Positions 46,953 to 56,777 of a DNA stretch of 64,000 nt are shown in pieces. The stretch is from Gammaproteobacteria bacterium (GTDB taxonomy: Bacteria > Pseudomonadota > Gammaproteobacteria > SZUA-152). Made by a program: the position numbers and the translations under genes. The DNA lies in assembly GCA_013152545.1 (NCBI GenBank), contig JAADGF010000105.1:27950-91949 (forward strand), written 5' to 3'. How positions within the stretch are numbered: the first letter of the stretch is position 1; each line of letters begins with the position of its first letter. The notes under the pieces were generated by a model, which worked only from the letters and a program-made list of their open reading frames with translations, was not told the origin of the DNA and searched no databases.

Positions 46953-49142
46953 TTAAGCCCCTAACTGACGCTTTTTGGTGGCATTATCGGTATGGGCATC
47001 GACTATCTCGCCAACATAGTTAAACAACTCAGAAAGCATGATGACTGCCGCTGCATGATTTTCTTCCCGAACTTTCGTTTCAACATCGACGCATTGCTCG
47101 GTGATTTTAGGGAATCCAAAACCGCCACCTAAGCCTTTCAATTGATGCACAATGGATTTAACCTGCGCCCAATTTTTCATTTTCAAAGCCTGCTGTAACT
47201 CATGCATACTACCGGGTAAAGAGGCAACAAATTGTGCCACAAGCACCGCCATATCATCATTAGGAATGCCAGGGGCTACCTCCTCGCCAGATCGGCTATT
47301 TTTGCAGAGATACTTGGTGAGCATGATAAAAAATGATTTTTTATCAATCGGTTTAGTTAAAAACACATTTGCCCCAAATTCAAGGCATTGCTCTTGCTCC
47401 TCTTTCATTGCATTGGCAGATAACATCGCAATAGGTGACTGATTACCCACCCGGCGCAGCCATTGCACGGCTTCACCCCCCCCCATTATGGGCATCTGTA
47501 TATCCATCAATATCAAGTCAAACTCATTCGCCAAAGCCTGCTCAACAGCCCGCTGCCCGTTATCCACCACAACCACCGATGCACCAGTACTCATAATATA
47601 CATTGAAATCAGACGCTGGTTATCAGGAAGATCCTCTGCTAACAAGACCTTGCCCTCAAGGGATGGCACCACAAAATGATCATCATTTGCCTCCTCCAGC
47701 ACCTCAAGTGTCTCGATCATTGGCGCTTCATGCTGCTCACTGATATCGGCAACCCCCGCTGCGATTGTCACAACAAAACAACTGCCTTGGCCTTTTTGAC
47801 TGTCACACACCAGATCTCCACCCAGCATTTTGGCCAATTGATGTGAAATACACAACCCTAAACCAGTCCCGCCAAATTCCCGTGTCGTTGAAGCATCGGC
47901 CTGACTAAAGGGTTTAAACAAGCGGGCCTGCTCCTCTGTACTCATACCGACACCACTATCCTGAATAACGTAACACATCTGATTGCTGGCTGCTAAAAAC
48001 CTTACGTCAACATCTATGCTGCCTTGCGCCGTAAATTTTTTTGCATTACCAATTAAGTTTAGCAGTACTTGCATTAATCGCGTTGGATCTGTACTTATTT
48101 TTGATGGAATTGGAAATTGATAATTAATATTAAACTCTAAACCCTTCTTACGGATACTTTCACCGATAAGTGAATCGATATCGCGCATTAACACCAACGG
48201 TGACACCACTATTTTCTCTAGTGCCAGTTGCCCGGCTTCAATTTTGGAAATATCCAGTATGTCATTAATAATACGCAATAAATGTTGGCCGTTGTGTAAA
48301 ATACGGGTCACACTGTGTTGACGTTCTTCTTCCGGCAAATTTTGTTCCAGCAAGGTATCCGCATAACCAATCACAGCGGTCAACGGTGTTCTAATCTCAT
48401 GACTCATATTTGCCAAAAACTGCGATTTTAAATCCGTGGCCATTTGTGCAACCCTGCGAGCCTCCCGCAAACCCGCTTCAGCATCTGTCGCACGTCGAAT
48501 AACAATAAACGCGATAATGAACGTTAATATAACCGCCCCACTACCAGCGCTTAGAGCAATCCAATAAATTTTCTGATTACGGATGTAGACCTCATTATGC
48601 TCGGCTTCAGCAATGTGGTCTTGCACTGTAAACATCGCTGACAATATGTTGTTGACGTGATTTTGAAGGGGTATTACTTTTTCCAGCAACAATCGATTCG
48701 CCTTCAGAATATTACCCTCCAGCAGTAATGTTAACACCGCTTGCTGAACGGCCCGTCCTCCATCGACATAAGGTTTCGCTTTTTCCCAAATAGATATTAT
48801 CTCTGTCGTTACGCGCTCCAAACTTAACAGCTCATCTCTGGCTGCAATAAAACCGTCATCAGCTTGCTTAAATTTTATGTACTCGTGATTGCGACCGGGT
48901 TCATCCTCCATCATTGCCATTCGGTGCAGGTAAATCGCCTTTCGACGCGCGGCATCTCGCATTGCGATCAATAGACGAGATTGTTTCTGTTCAGCAAGTA
49001 TACTGTAGATGTTTTTTTTACTTTCTGATACATGAATAATCCAAGAACAGGTAAATGCAATCATTATTAAAATAACAACCGCAAAACCAAATATAAGAAT
49101 AAACCTGGACTTATGTTGATATTTTTGCTTTTCGGAATTCAA
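46953..49142 (-). CDS. hybrid sensor histidine kinase (TM sensor, HisKA, HATPase, REC and Hpt domains)
   Basis: 729 aa; two TM segments flank a periplasmic sensor region; H-box ANMSHEIRTPL, G-box GTGLGLCISHQLAKMLGGDL, a receiver with D...DIQMP, and a C-terminal Hpt (HQLKGLGGGFGF). Confidence 0.9.
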   Translation of the reverse strand: MNSEKQKYQHKSRFILIFGFAVVILIMIAFTCSWIIHVSESKKNIYSILAEQKQSRLLIAMRDAARRKAIYLHRMAMMEDEPGRNHEYIKFKQADDGFIAARDELLSLERVTTEIISIWEKAKPYVDGGRAVQQAVLTLLLEGNILKANRLLLEKVIPLQNHVNNILSAMFTVQDHIAEAEHNEVYIRNQKIYWIALSAGSGAVILTFIIAFIVIRRATDAEAGLREARRVAQMATDLKSQFLANMSHEIRTPLTAVIGYADTLLEQNLPEEERQHSVTRILHNGQHLLRIINDILDISKIEAGQLALEKIVVSPLVLMRDIDSLIGESIRKKGLEFNINYQFPIPSKISTDPTRLMQVLLNLIGNAKKFTAQGSIDVDVRFLAASNQMCYVIQDSGVGMSTEEQARLFKPFSQADASTTREFGGTGLGLCISHQLAKMLGGDLVCDSQKGQGSCFVVTIAAGVADISEQHEAPMIETLEVLEEANDDHFVVPSLEGKVLLAEDLPDNQRLISMYIMSTGASVVVVDNGQRAVEQALANEFDLILMDIQMPIMGGGEAVQWLRRVGNQSPIAMLSANAMKEEQEQCLEFGANVFLTKPIDKKSFFIMLTKYLCKNSRSGEEVAPGIPNDDMAVLVAQFVASLPGSMHELQQALKMKNWAQVKSIVHQLKGLGGGFGFPKITEQCVDVETKVREENHAAAVIMLSELFNYVGEIVDAHTDNATKKRQLGA

Positions 49143-49734
49143 TTTTTTACGCCGTTAAACATAAATTAGCCACTGTACACCGCACCTTGATTGATGACCG
49201 GAACACTCCATTCGTAGACATTAACCCCAAGGCATATCGCAACATTCAATCAACCCAAAATCCAATTCACTGGATGGCACTCTATCGCGACTGGCAAGCG
49301 GCAATTGCAAGGGATTGCAACGCTTCTCAACGCTCCCAGACACGACAACCACCGTACTCTACCTGTCGTCGCATACCACCCCATTAGGGTGATGACAGCG
49401 AAAGCGGAATAATTCAACTGATTAATATAGGTTCAATGGTTCCAATCAGTTGATATCAGGTCGACGCAATCAACTGACGATATACCCAAAGCGTTTAAAA
49501 TTTCGGGTATATTTAGGTGCAACGCTGCTCATTAATAGTTTCGGCCTAGATAATCAATGCTTTAGGAAAAGCACACAACAACATCAAAATGCATTATCGA
49601 ATTGTAACTAAGCGGTAGCACTTGAATTTAAAGACAAAACAAGTAAACAATACCCTGTTGAACCAGGGTATGTATTTGCCATAGAAGTTAATGTCTTTAT
49701 AATCTTTCAAAAGGTATGGGTGATGTGGCTCCCT

Positions 49735-49917
49735 TCATCGGGCTGCCGTTATCAGAATGCAATACGAGCCCTTCCTGATGAGATACTTGTTTCGCCAATT
49801 ATAAAGGGTTGCTCCAGAAATACCGGTTTCTCGATTTACATCAGCAACGGATAGGGCGTTGGGCAGCATCCGTTTTCGCACAATCTGTTCTTTAAACGCT
49901 TCTGTGTAATGTAACAT
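49735..49917 (-). pseudogene. IS3-family transposase orfA fragment (N-terminal HTH only), with putative IS end near 49988
   Basis: [45 protein letters not shown]... then an abrupt stop; orfB is absent. The element end reads TGTGTCAGG... on the minus strand at about 49988. Confidence 0.7.
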
Positions 49918-49988
49918 TTCATATTCACTTTCCGCCCCCTAGGGGGTATATTTATAAATCAAATCACCGGACATCTATCCTGACACAG

Positions 49989-50525
49989 GGGGATCTTCGA
50001 CAAACCGTAGAAGGAATTTTAAATCGCCTGCGTGTTCAAGATATTGATTTTGAATACCAGCACATTATCATTCGTAATGGAAAAAGCCTCAAAGACCGAG
50101 TGGTGCCACTGCCAACAAGTTTGATGGCGCCATTAAATGATCGAGGTGAAACATACCTGCCTAATGCGCTCTCAATCAAGTATCCAAAAGCCGCTAAAGA
50201 GTGGAAATGGCAATACGTTTTTCCAAGCGACCGACTCTCTGTTGGTCCTCGTTCGAATGAAGGTGCGACGCCACCCCACCATATCCATGAAAATGGGCTG
50301 CAAAAACCAATCAAAAAAGCATCCGATAAAACAGAGTTAATAAAACGGGTCCATTGCCATGCATTGCGTCACAGTTTCTTCGCGACGCATTTACTGAAAT
50401 CAGGTTATGACATACGCACCGTACAAGGGTTGCTTGGCCATGCCGATGTTTCAACGACGATGATATACACTCACGTAGTAAATAAAGGTGGATGCGGAGT
50501 AATCGTCCCTTTGGATAGCTTATAG
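49989..50525 (+). pseudogene. intI: integron-type tyrosine integrase (IntI) remnant: C-terminal about 178 aa only, 5' half missing
   Basis: ...[32 protein letters not shown]...[25 protein letters not shown]...[45 protein letters not shown] aligns with IntI1 from about residue 160 to the end, including the IntI-specific extra segment. The open frame begins at 49908 after a stop and has no N-terminal domain. Confidence 0.8.
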
Positions 50526-50642
50526 TTTTTTCTGCAAACAATTCACCAAAGATTCTGTCTACTAAGTACCATTCGCTGCCGTTCGTCAAATTTCGTCAAC
50601 AGCAAGATTTGCGCTGCCGCATTCCCTGAATCAACTGATGTA

Positions 50643-53231
50643 TTAGGAAATATTTTTGATGACCTGCAACGGTGGTTTTGAAAGCACTTTTCGGGTACCC
50701 AGCAAACCCGCTAAACCAATACCGAACGCACCACCCACGACGCCCATCAACCATAGTGAACTGTTGATTTTATAGGCTAGTGAGAAAACTTGATCCGCCA
50801 ATACATAGCCGATTGCGGTTGCACAGAGTGAGGCCACGAATCCCGCCAATAGTCCCAGCAAAACAAATTCAGCGGCCAAACCTTGGTACAAGCGTTTGCG
50901 ACTGGCACCAATGGCCCGCAGTATGGCATTTTCCCGGATTCGGTCATCCTGTGTTGCTTGAATCGCGGCATATAACACCGTTAATCCTGCCAGCAGTGTA
51001 AATACAAAAACATATTCCACCGTCAATGTAACACGATCAATAATTGACCGTACTTGTTTCATAATTGCGGAGATGTCAACCACGGTGAGATTAGGGAAAG
51101 ACTGAATCAAACGATCCAATAACGCCGTTTGCTCATCCGCCAAATAAAAACTGGTCATGTAACTGGCGGGAAAACGATCCAATAACCCCGGTGACGCAAT
51201 GACAAAAAAATTAGCCCGAAAGGTATCCCATTGAACCGTGCGTATACTGGTCACTTCTGCGCTGACCTCTTCCCCTGCAATTTGGTAGGTCAGAGTATCT
51301 CCCAACGAAACATTAAGCGCCTTGGCAATGCCTTCTTCCACCGACCATTGTGGTAACGCGGTCGCCCCATTGAGTCGATTTGTCGACCACCACTTGCCTT
51401 GAATAATCTTATTATCCTGTTGCAAATCTTCCGCCCAGGATAAATTAAACTCGCGGCCCGCCAAGCGATTGGCTCGCTGCCCCTCCACCGGGTCCCTATC
51501 AAGACTTTTATTATTCACTTTTATGAGACGGCCCCGCACCATTGGGTACAAATGAATTTCTTGCCGATGCAGCTGTGTCGGCATTTTTTCAATAATACGG
51601 TCATCAACATTTTCCGTCACACTCGCCGTAAAGTTCTCCATAAAAAAATGCTTTACTGCCGCTAATTGATTAGGTTGAATATTAATAACAAATCGGTTTG
51701 AGGCGTTTTCCGGTAAACTACCTTGCCAAGTATCCAATAAATCCCCCCTCACCACACTCAACAACAACAGCACCATAATCCCAATGCCAAATGCCATAAT
51801 TTGAGTAATACTCAACGCAGTACGACGAGTAATATTTGCTATACCAAAACGCCAAAATCGACGACTCTGTTGTCGTTGAGGAAATTGCAACATCCATTTT
51901 AAGCTTTTAATCATTATAAATGCCACGACAGCAAGCACCACACAAGAGATCAATACCCCAACCAGCACCGTCAGCCCCAGATTAATATCATCGGCCTGCC
52001 ACAACACCAACATTGCCAATGCAACAATACCCAGGGTATACGACGTCAGGGAGGTCGGTTTAAGGCTACCCAGTTCGCGCCGAAACACCCGTAGGGTAGG
52101 AACATTGCGCAATTGCAATAACGGCGGCAACGCAAAACCAAGCAATCCCACTAACCCAACTACAAATCCCGTTACAATAGGCCAATAAGAACTGGGTGGG
52201 AGCTGCACAGCAAACAGATTCCCCGCCACTTGGTATAATCCCAGATGCGCAAGATACCCCAACAAGCAACCCACAGCGCTCCCCAAAAGGCCTAAGCTGA
52301 CTATTTGAATTAAATAAATTTGTGTCATCTGCCATTGCCGGGCACCAACACAGCGCATAATGGCACAAGTATTCAAATGTCGTTCGGCATAACGCCTGGC
52401 CGACATCGCCACTGCCACGCAAGACAAAATCACACTGACAATTGCTGCCAACCCTAAAAATTGCTGTGAACGTTCTAATGCGATGCGTACTTCCTGGCGA
52501 GCATCTTTAATATCCTCAACCCGCTGTCCACGTTGTAATTGCGGCTCAACCCAGTGTCGGTAACGGTCGATGGTTTTTTTATTTCCCGCCACTAATAAGC
52601 GGTATTGCATGCGGCTGCCTTCCTGGATCAATTCTGTTTCCGCCAGATCACTTTGGTTCAACAGCACGCGCGGTGCAATACTGAATAAATCCCCACTACG
52701 GTCCGGTTCATACTGGATAAATGCAACAATGGTAAAGTCCTTAACCCCTAATGAAATTTGATCGCCAATACCGACACCTAGCTGACTCACCAGGCGCTGC
52801 TCCACCCATACGGTACTGCGCGCGGGTATTGAAAATACTCGCTCACCGGCATCAAAGGCTTGCTTGGATATTTTTAATTGCCCCCGTAACGGATAATACT
52901 CACTGACCGCCTTAATTTCCGCCAACTGGCTGCGTTGGCCAGTAAGCAACATGCTACGAAAACTCATCGTGCTGGCAGTTTGTAAATGGAGGCGACGAGC
53001 CTCTTGCAGGTATTTTTCATCAAGCACATCGTCGGATACAATGCGTAAATCGGCAGCCAAAAGCTCACTGGCCTGAACTGTTAACGCTTGCGCAATACGA
53101 TCGGTAAAAAACACCACGGATGTCACGCAGGTTACCGCAATAACAATGGCAGCAACCAATACGCGTAATTCACCAGCGCGCCAATCCCGACGCAAGAACC
53201 GCAATGACAATCGAATTACCTTGGCTCGCAT
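50643..53231 (-). CDS. ABC transporter permease, FtsX-like duplicated (YbbP-like)
   Basis: About 860 aa with two FtsX/4-TM modules. Probable start MRAKVIRLSLRFLRRDWRAGEL at 53231 (the track ORF extends to 53303); overlaps the ATPase gene stop. Confidence 0.88.
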   Translation of the reverse strand: MRAKVIRLSLRFLRRDWRAGELRVLVAAIVIAVTCVTSVVFFTDRIAQALTVQASELLAADLRIVSDDVLDEKYLQEARRLHLQTASTMSFRSMLLTGQRSQLAEIKAVSEYYPLRGQLKISKQAFDAGERVFSIPARSTVWVEQRLVSQLGVGIGDQISLGVKDFTIVAFIQYEPDRSGDLFSIAPRVLLNQSDLAETELIQEGSRMQYRLLVAGNKKTIDRYRHWVEPQLQRGQRVEDIKDARQEVRIALERSQQFLGLAAIVSVILSCVAVAMSARRYAERHLNTCAIMRCVGARQWQMTQIYLIQIVSLGLLGSAVGCLLGYLAHLGLYQVAGNLFAVQLPPSSYWPIVTGFVVGLVGLLGFALPPLLQLRNVPTLRVFRRELGSLKPTSLTSYTLGIVALAMLVLWQADDINLGLTVLVGVLISCVVLAVVAFIMIKSLKWMLQFPQRQQSRRFWRFGIANITRRTALSITQIMAFGIGIMVLLLLSVVRGDLLDTWQGSLPENASNRFVINIQPNQLAAVKHFFMENFTASVTENVDDRIIEKMPTQLHRQEIHLYPMVRGRLIKVNNKSLDRDPVEGQRANRLAGREFNLSWAEDLQQDNKIIQGKWWSTNRLNGATALPQWSVEEGIAKALNVSLGDTLTYQIAGEEVSAEVTSIRTVQWDTFRANFFVIASPGLLDRFPASYMTSFYLADEQTALLDRLIQSFPNLTVVDISAIMKQVRSIIDRVTLTVEYVFVFTLLAGLTVLYAAIQATQDDRIRENAILRAIGASRKRLYQGLAAEFVLLGLLAGFVASLCATAIGYVLADQVFSLAYKINSSLWLMGVVGGAFGIGLAGLLGTRKVLSKPPLQVIKNIS

Positions 53232-53245
53232 GATAGACTCTGGCA

Positions 53246-53968
53246 TTATGCGGTGGCAGGCGTTTGTAACTGTCCGCCCTCCAGTTGCAATAATCGGTGA
53301 CACTTTTTAGCTAACGACATATCATGTGTTACCAATATCAAGGTCGTCCCCTTTTCCTGGTTAAGCTCAAACAACAACTCAATAATTTGCTGGCCTGTGT
53401 GCCTATCGAGGTTCCCCGTGGGCTCATCCGCCAAGAGTATCCTTGGGCTAGGCGCAAAAGCCCGGGCGATGGCAACCCGCTGCTGCTCGCCACCCGACAA
53501 TTGTTGTGGATAATGCTGTAACCGTCGGCCAAGTCCGACACGCTCCAGGACGCGCCGTGCAATCGGCTCGGCGTCGGCGACACCGATAATCTCTAGGGGT
53601 AACATGACATTCTCAAGCGTTGTAAATGCGGGTAATAACTGAAACGACTGGAAGACAAAACCCATTTTTTGAGCTCGTAACAACGCCCGGCCATCCTCAT
53701 TCAAACGAAAAATGTCCTGACCATCCACTAACACCTTACCTTTAGTCGGTGTATCAAGACCAGCAAGCAACCCCAACAAAGTGGATTTTCCCGAACCTGA
53801 AGGCCCTACAATGGCTATAATTTCACCCGATTTAATGGCAAAATGAATATCATTTACTATAACCAATGGTTCATTGGCATCCAGGTTTAGATCTGCAACC
53901 TGTTTTGTTAGGCTCTGAACCTCCAACAAAGGAACGTCCGACTGCAATTTAGTATTTATTTCAGACAT
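53246..53968 (-). CDS. ABC transporter ATP-binding protein (YbbA/LolD-like)
   Basis: 240 aa; Walker A GPSGSGKST, signature LSGGEQQRVAIARA, Walker B ILLADEPT; about 50% identical to E. coli YbbA. Confidence 0.93.
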   Translation of the reverse strand: MSEINTKLQSDVPLLEVQSLTKQVADLNLDANEPLVIVNDIHFAIKSGEIIAIVGPSGSGKSTLLGLLAGLDTPTKGKVLVDGQDIFRLNEDGRALLRAQKMGFVFQSFQLLPAFTTLENVMLPLEIIGVADAEPIARRVLERVGLGRRLQHYPQQLSGGEQQRVAIARAFAPSPRILLADEPTGNLDRHTGQQIIELLFELNQEKGTTLILVTHDMSLAKKCHRLLQLEGGQLQTPATA

Positions 53969-54656
53969 GTATATAAGATTCCATCGAAATCATCCACATT
54001 TGAGCGCCAGGCTGCTGACCGTTCTGCTAATAATAGAGCTCACCATCAGTGCCGCTTGTTTGGCTGCCACCCCCGCTAAAACAGCGCCCACTATTTTGGT
54101 ATTGGGCGATAGTTTAAGCGCATTTTACGGCATAGAACAGTCACAAGGGTGGGTAAATTTACTGCAAAAAAAACTCATTGAGTCAAAATATAGTTACACT
54201 GTTATTAATGCAAGCATTTCCGGCGAAACCACCCAAGGTGGTGTCAGCCGCCTTCCCGCTTTATTAGCAAAACATAAACCTGCCCTTCTATTATTGGAAT
54301 TAGGGGGTAACGATGGGCTTCGTGGCTTACCGCTGAATTTGATGAAAAACAGCCTGCAAACCATGATCAGCAAAGCCCTGGAACAACAAATTCCAGTGTT
54401 GTTAATCGGTATGAAATTGCCGCCCAATTACGGCCGCAGCTACACCGAACGCTTTCATGATATTTATACCCAGTTAGCAAAACGCAATAACATTGCGTTA
54501 GTCCCCTTTCTATTAGCGGGTTTCGCTACGGATAAAACTAAAATACAAGCCGATGGCATTCACCCAATGGCCATCGCCCAACCCGCTATGCTAAATAATG
54601 TGTGGCTCCACTTGCAACCCTTATTAATCCGACAACAAAAACTCACGGCAAAATAA
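53967..54656 (+). CDS. tesA: multifunctional acyl-CoA thioesterase I / lysophospholipase L1 (GDSL, periplasmic)
   Basis: GDSLS nucleophile motif, GGNDGLRG block and the DGIHP catalytic His block; signal peptide; divergent from the ABC genes as in E. coli tesA-ybbA-ybbP. The ATG overlaps the ybbA-like ATG by 2 nt; an internal TTG start is possible. Confidence 0.9.
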   Translation: MYIRFHRNHPHLSARLLTVLLIIELTISAACLAATPAKTAPTILVLGDSLSAFYGIEQSQGWVNLLQKKLIESKYSYTVINASISGETTQGGVSRLPALLAKHKPALLLLELGGNDGLRGLPLNLMKNSLQTMISKALEQQIPVLLIGMKLPPNYGRSYTERFHDIYTQLAKRNNIALVPFLLAGFATDKTKIQADGIHPMAIAQPAMLNNVWLHLQPLLIRQQKLTAK

Positions 54657-54659
54657 GGA

Positions 54660-55370
54660 ATAGCTACAATTTGGCACCCGGCGTTAGTCATCTAAGCCAC
54701 GCGAGAACTGCCTGCATCGACGCAATTGTGAGGTTCATCTTCGACAAAATTACGAAACATGCTGTCGGCCTACCGCCAAAACCAGCTCAAATGGCGCTAT
54801 GTCTTGGCTTACAGCCGATTTTCATCCAGCGAGAACATGAATTTTATCCATGATAATCTGAAAAAGCACTTCATTCTAGCGTTGAAAAGCAATCGCCTGG
54901 TGGCACTCAGTTTAGCGGACAAGCAACAAGGTCATTACGTTCGCATTGATGAATTGAAATGGTCAGAAAAGCCCGTTCGGGGATGAGTGAAAGGGCTGGA
55001 ATTTCCAGTGCTTTTACATCGCCAGGTCTTTACAAACAAAGATGAAAGAGCAAGCTTTACATCAAAGCGATTAGACAGGCTTTCGAGGAATTCCATATGT
55101 CAAATTCGCTGCGGGTAAAAATGACGCCGGCTTGACCCGCTATTTGGTTTCGCGTAAATTCTTGCTATTGCAATTTCGTTAATGAAGATTCTCGTCTACT
55201 GCACACATAATGCATTATGTGTGCGGGTAATGCGGGTAAAAAGAGCTAAACGTGAAAATACTGAGTGAACACAACCAAATGTGAACACAATAAGTATAAA
55301 GACGTATTCCATTTTTAAGGCTGTCCACCTAAAGCAGACGAAGAGACCGTCAATAAGACTGACGACAGAA
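54660..55370 (+). pseudogene. decayed transposase-like region (frame-broken ORF fragments), tentative
   Basis: Adjacent frames give ...YVRIDELKWSEKPVRG* then VKGLEFPVLLHRQVFTNKDERASF...; there is no intact ORF in 0.7 kb. This resembles a DDE-transposase C-terminus, but the family is not recognised. Confidence 0.35.
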
Positions 55371-55386
55371 ATAGGTGCCGCTTAAA

Positions 55387-56772
55387 ATGCCAAAATCACC
55401 CATGCGATCGACGATGCTACCAATGCTGGTGACGGATAGAGACCTCGCCTTATTGTTTGATATCCAGGATGTTACCATTAACAGAGAACTGCGTGAACTG
55501 TTAGCCAGATTGGGCGAAAGACCTAGCCGTATTAGTCATCAGGATTTACTGCCCGCCATAAAGCGACATATCGACGCCGAATCACTCACGATAGCGGATT
55601 ATCACACCTTTCAGCCCAGAGTCACCGACCCCTATCGTACCCTCGAACTACTGCACGCCCGCGATCCACATGTGCGTGATATTGGCTGGAATCGAAATCC
55701 AAGCCTGTATGCCACAACAATGGCGTTTGAAAAGCAGGAAGCCGACGCCAGCGGACGAGGGAAAGATGTTGTTGCAGAGAAGGCAGAGCAAGAAACCTTC
55801 GCGGCCGCTGAGACAAGCAACACCAGTATGGGCGCGGAGCAAGTAGGTATAGCAACCCTCACAGGGAAACGCCAGCAAAACTACCAGGAACGGAAACAGA
55901 TGGCCGCCAACGCCGGGAATACCCCGGCACAACAAGCCGCCGCAGCACGATTGCTTGATAATAATGATAATATTCTGCGTGCGGAATCGGCGGCTTATGT
56001 TTATAAAGTGGATGAGTTTAATCGGGGCCATATAAATGAACTCCCAGAAGCACCGACCGGGTTGAATCTGATTGACCCCAAAGAAATACCGGGGCTGGAG
56101 AATGCGACTTTTACCAGTAAAAAATCAGGCTTTGGTGCCGCCCTGTTTGAATCAGAAATTAATGGGGAAACCATGTTGGCCTACCGGGGTACCAACCCTG
56201 GTGTGACAGGCATGAAAGATGCGAAAACCAACCTTTTGCAAGGCATCGGCGGCGAAAGTGATCAATACGATCAGGCAATGGATTTGGCTGAACTAGCGAA
56301 TAAAACTTTAGAAGGAAATTTCGTCAATGTCGGCCACTCTCTGGGAGCGGGTCTGGCCTCCGCGGCGACAGCCGTGACGGGCATTAAAGGCTATACCTTC
56401 AACGCGGCAGGCCTGCATCCCGATACTGCCACCCGCAAAGGTGGCATGAACAATGATGCCGCCGCAAAATTGATACAGACCCGGGCCATTGAGGGTGAGG
56501 TGTTGACCACTGTACAACGCCATGGAAACAACGTCCTGAGTGGACTAGGCGCAGGGGGCGGCGCAGCCATGGCGGGGCTGGTGGGGGCAGGACTCGGCTA
56601 TCTGGCGAGCAAAGCATTGCCCGATATCCCCGAGGCAGTGGGCGAAATGAAGACCCTGCCCAGTGTCAAGGGCGGCAGCCCGATGGCGCGACACGGCATG
56701 GATCAGGTCATTGACGGCATTGAGGTGCAAAAGAAAGAGGATATTAAAACGCTCACCCAAAGTGCTGGGTAA
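55387..56772 (+). CDS. class-3 lipase-like (alpha/beta-hydrolase, GHSLGAG nucleophile elbow) putative phospholipase toxin/effector
   Basis: ATG at 55387 (AGGTG Shine-Dalgarno; the track ORF begins at a GTG at 55375). C-terminal domain ...MLAYRGTNPGVTGMKDAKTNL...VNVGHSLGAGLASAATAVTG...HPD... fits Lipase_3/DUF2974-like hydrolases. A glycine-zipper tail (GLGAGGGAAMAGLVGAGLGYLA) follows. No signal peptide. Confidence 0.8.
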   Translation: MPKSPMRSTMLPMLVTDRDLALLFDIQDVTINRELRELLARLGERPSRISHQDLLPAIKRHIDAESLTIADYHTFQPRVTDPYRTLELLHARDPHVRDIGWNRNPSLYATTMAFEKQEADASGRGKDVVAEKAEQETFAAAETSNTSMGAEQVGIATLTGKRQQNYQERKQMAANAGNTPAQQAAAARLLDNNDNILRAESAAYVYKVDEFNRGHINELPEAPTGLNLIDPKEIPGLENATFTSKKSGFGAALFESEINGETMLAYRGTNPGVTGMKDAKTNLLQGIGGESDQYDQAMDLAELANKTLEGNFVNVGHSLGAGLASAATAVTGIKGYTFNAAGLHPDTATRKGGMNNDAAAKLIQTRAIEGEVLTTVQRHGNNVLSGLGAGGGAAMAGLVGAGLGYLASKALPDIPEAVGEMKTLPSVKGGSPMARHGMDQVIDGIEVQKKEDIKTLTQSAG

Positions 56773-56777
56773 TCGAT

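Noticed and set aside
49187-49387. 66-aa + strand ORF upstream of the IS3 fragment
   Set aside because: It has no Shine-Dalgarno, atypical composition and lies in a non-coding dyad-rich region. It is treated as noise.
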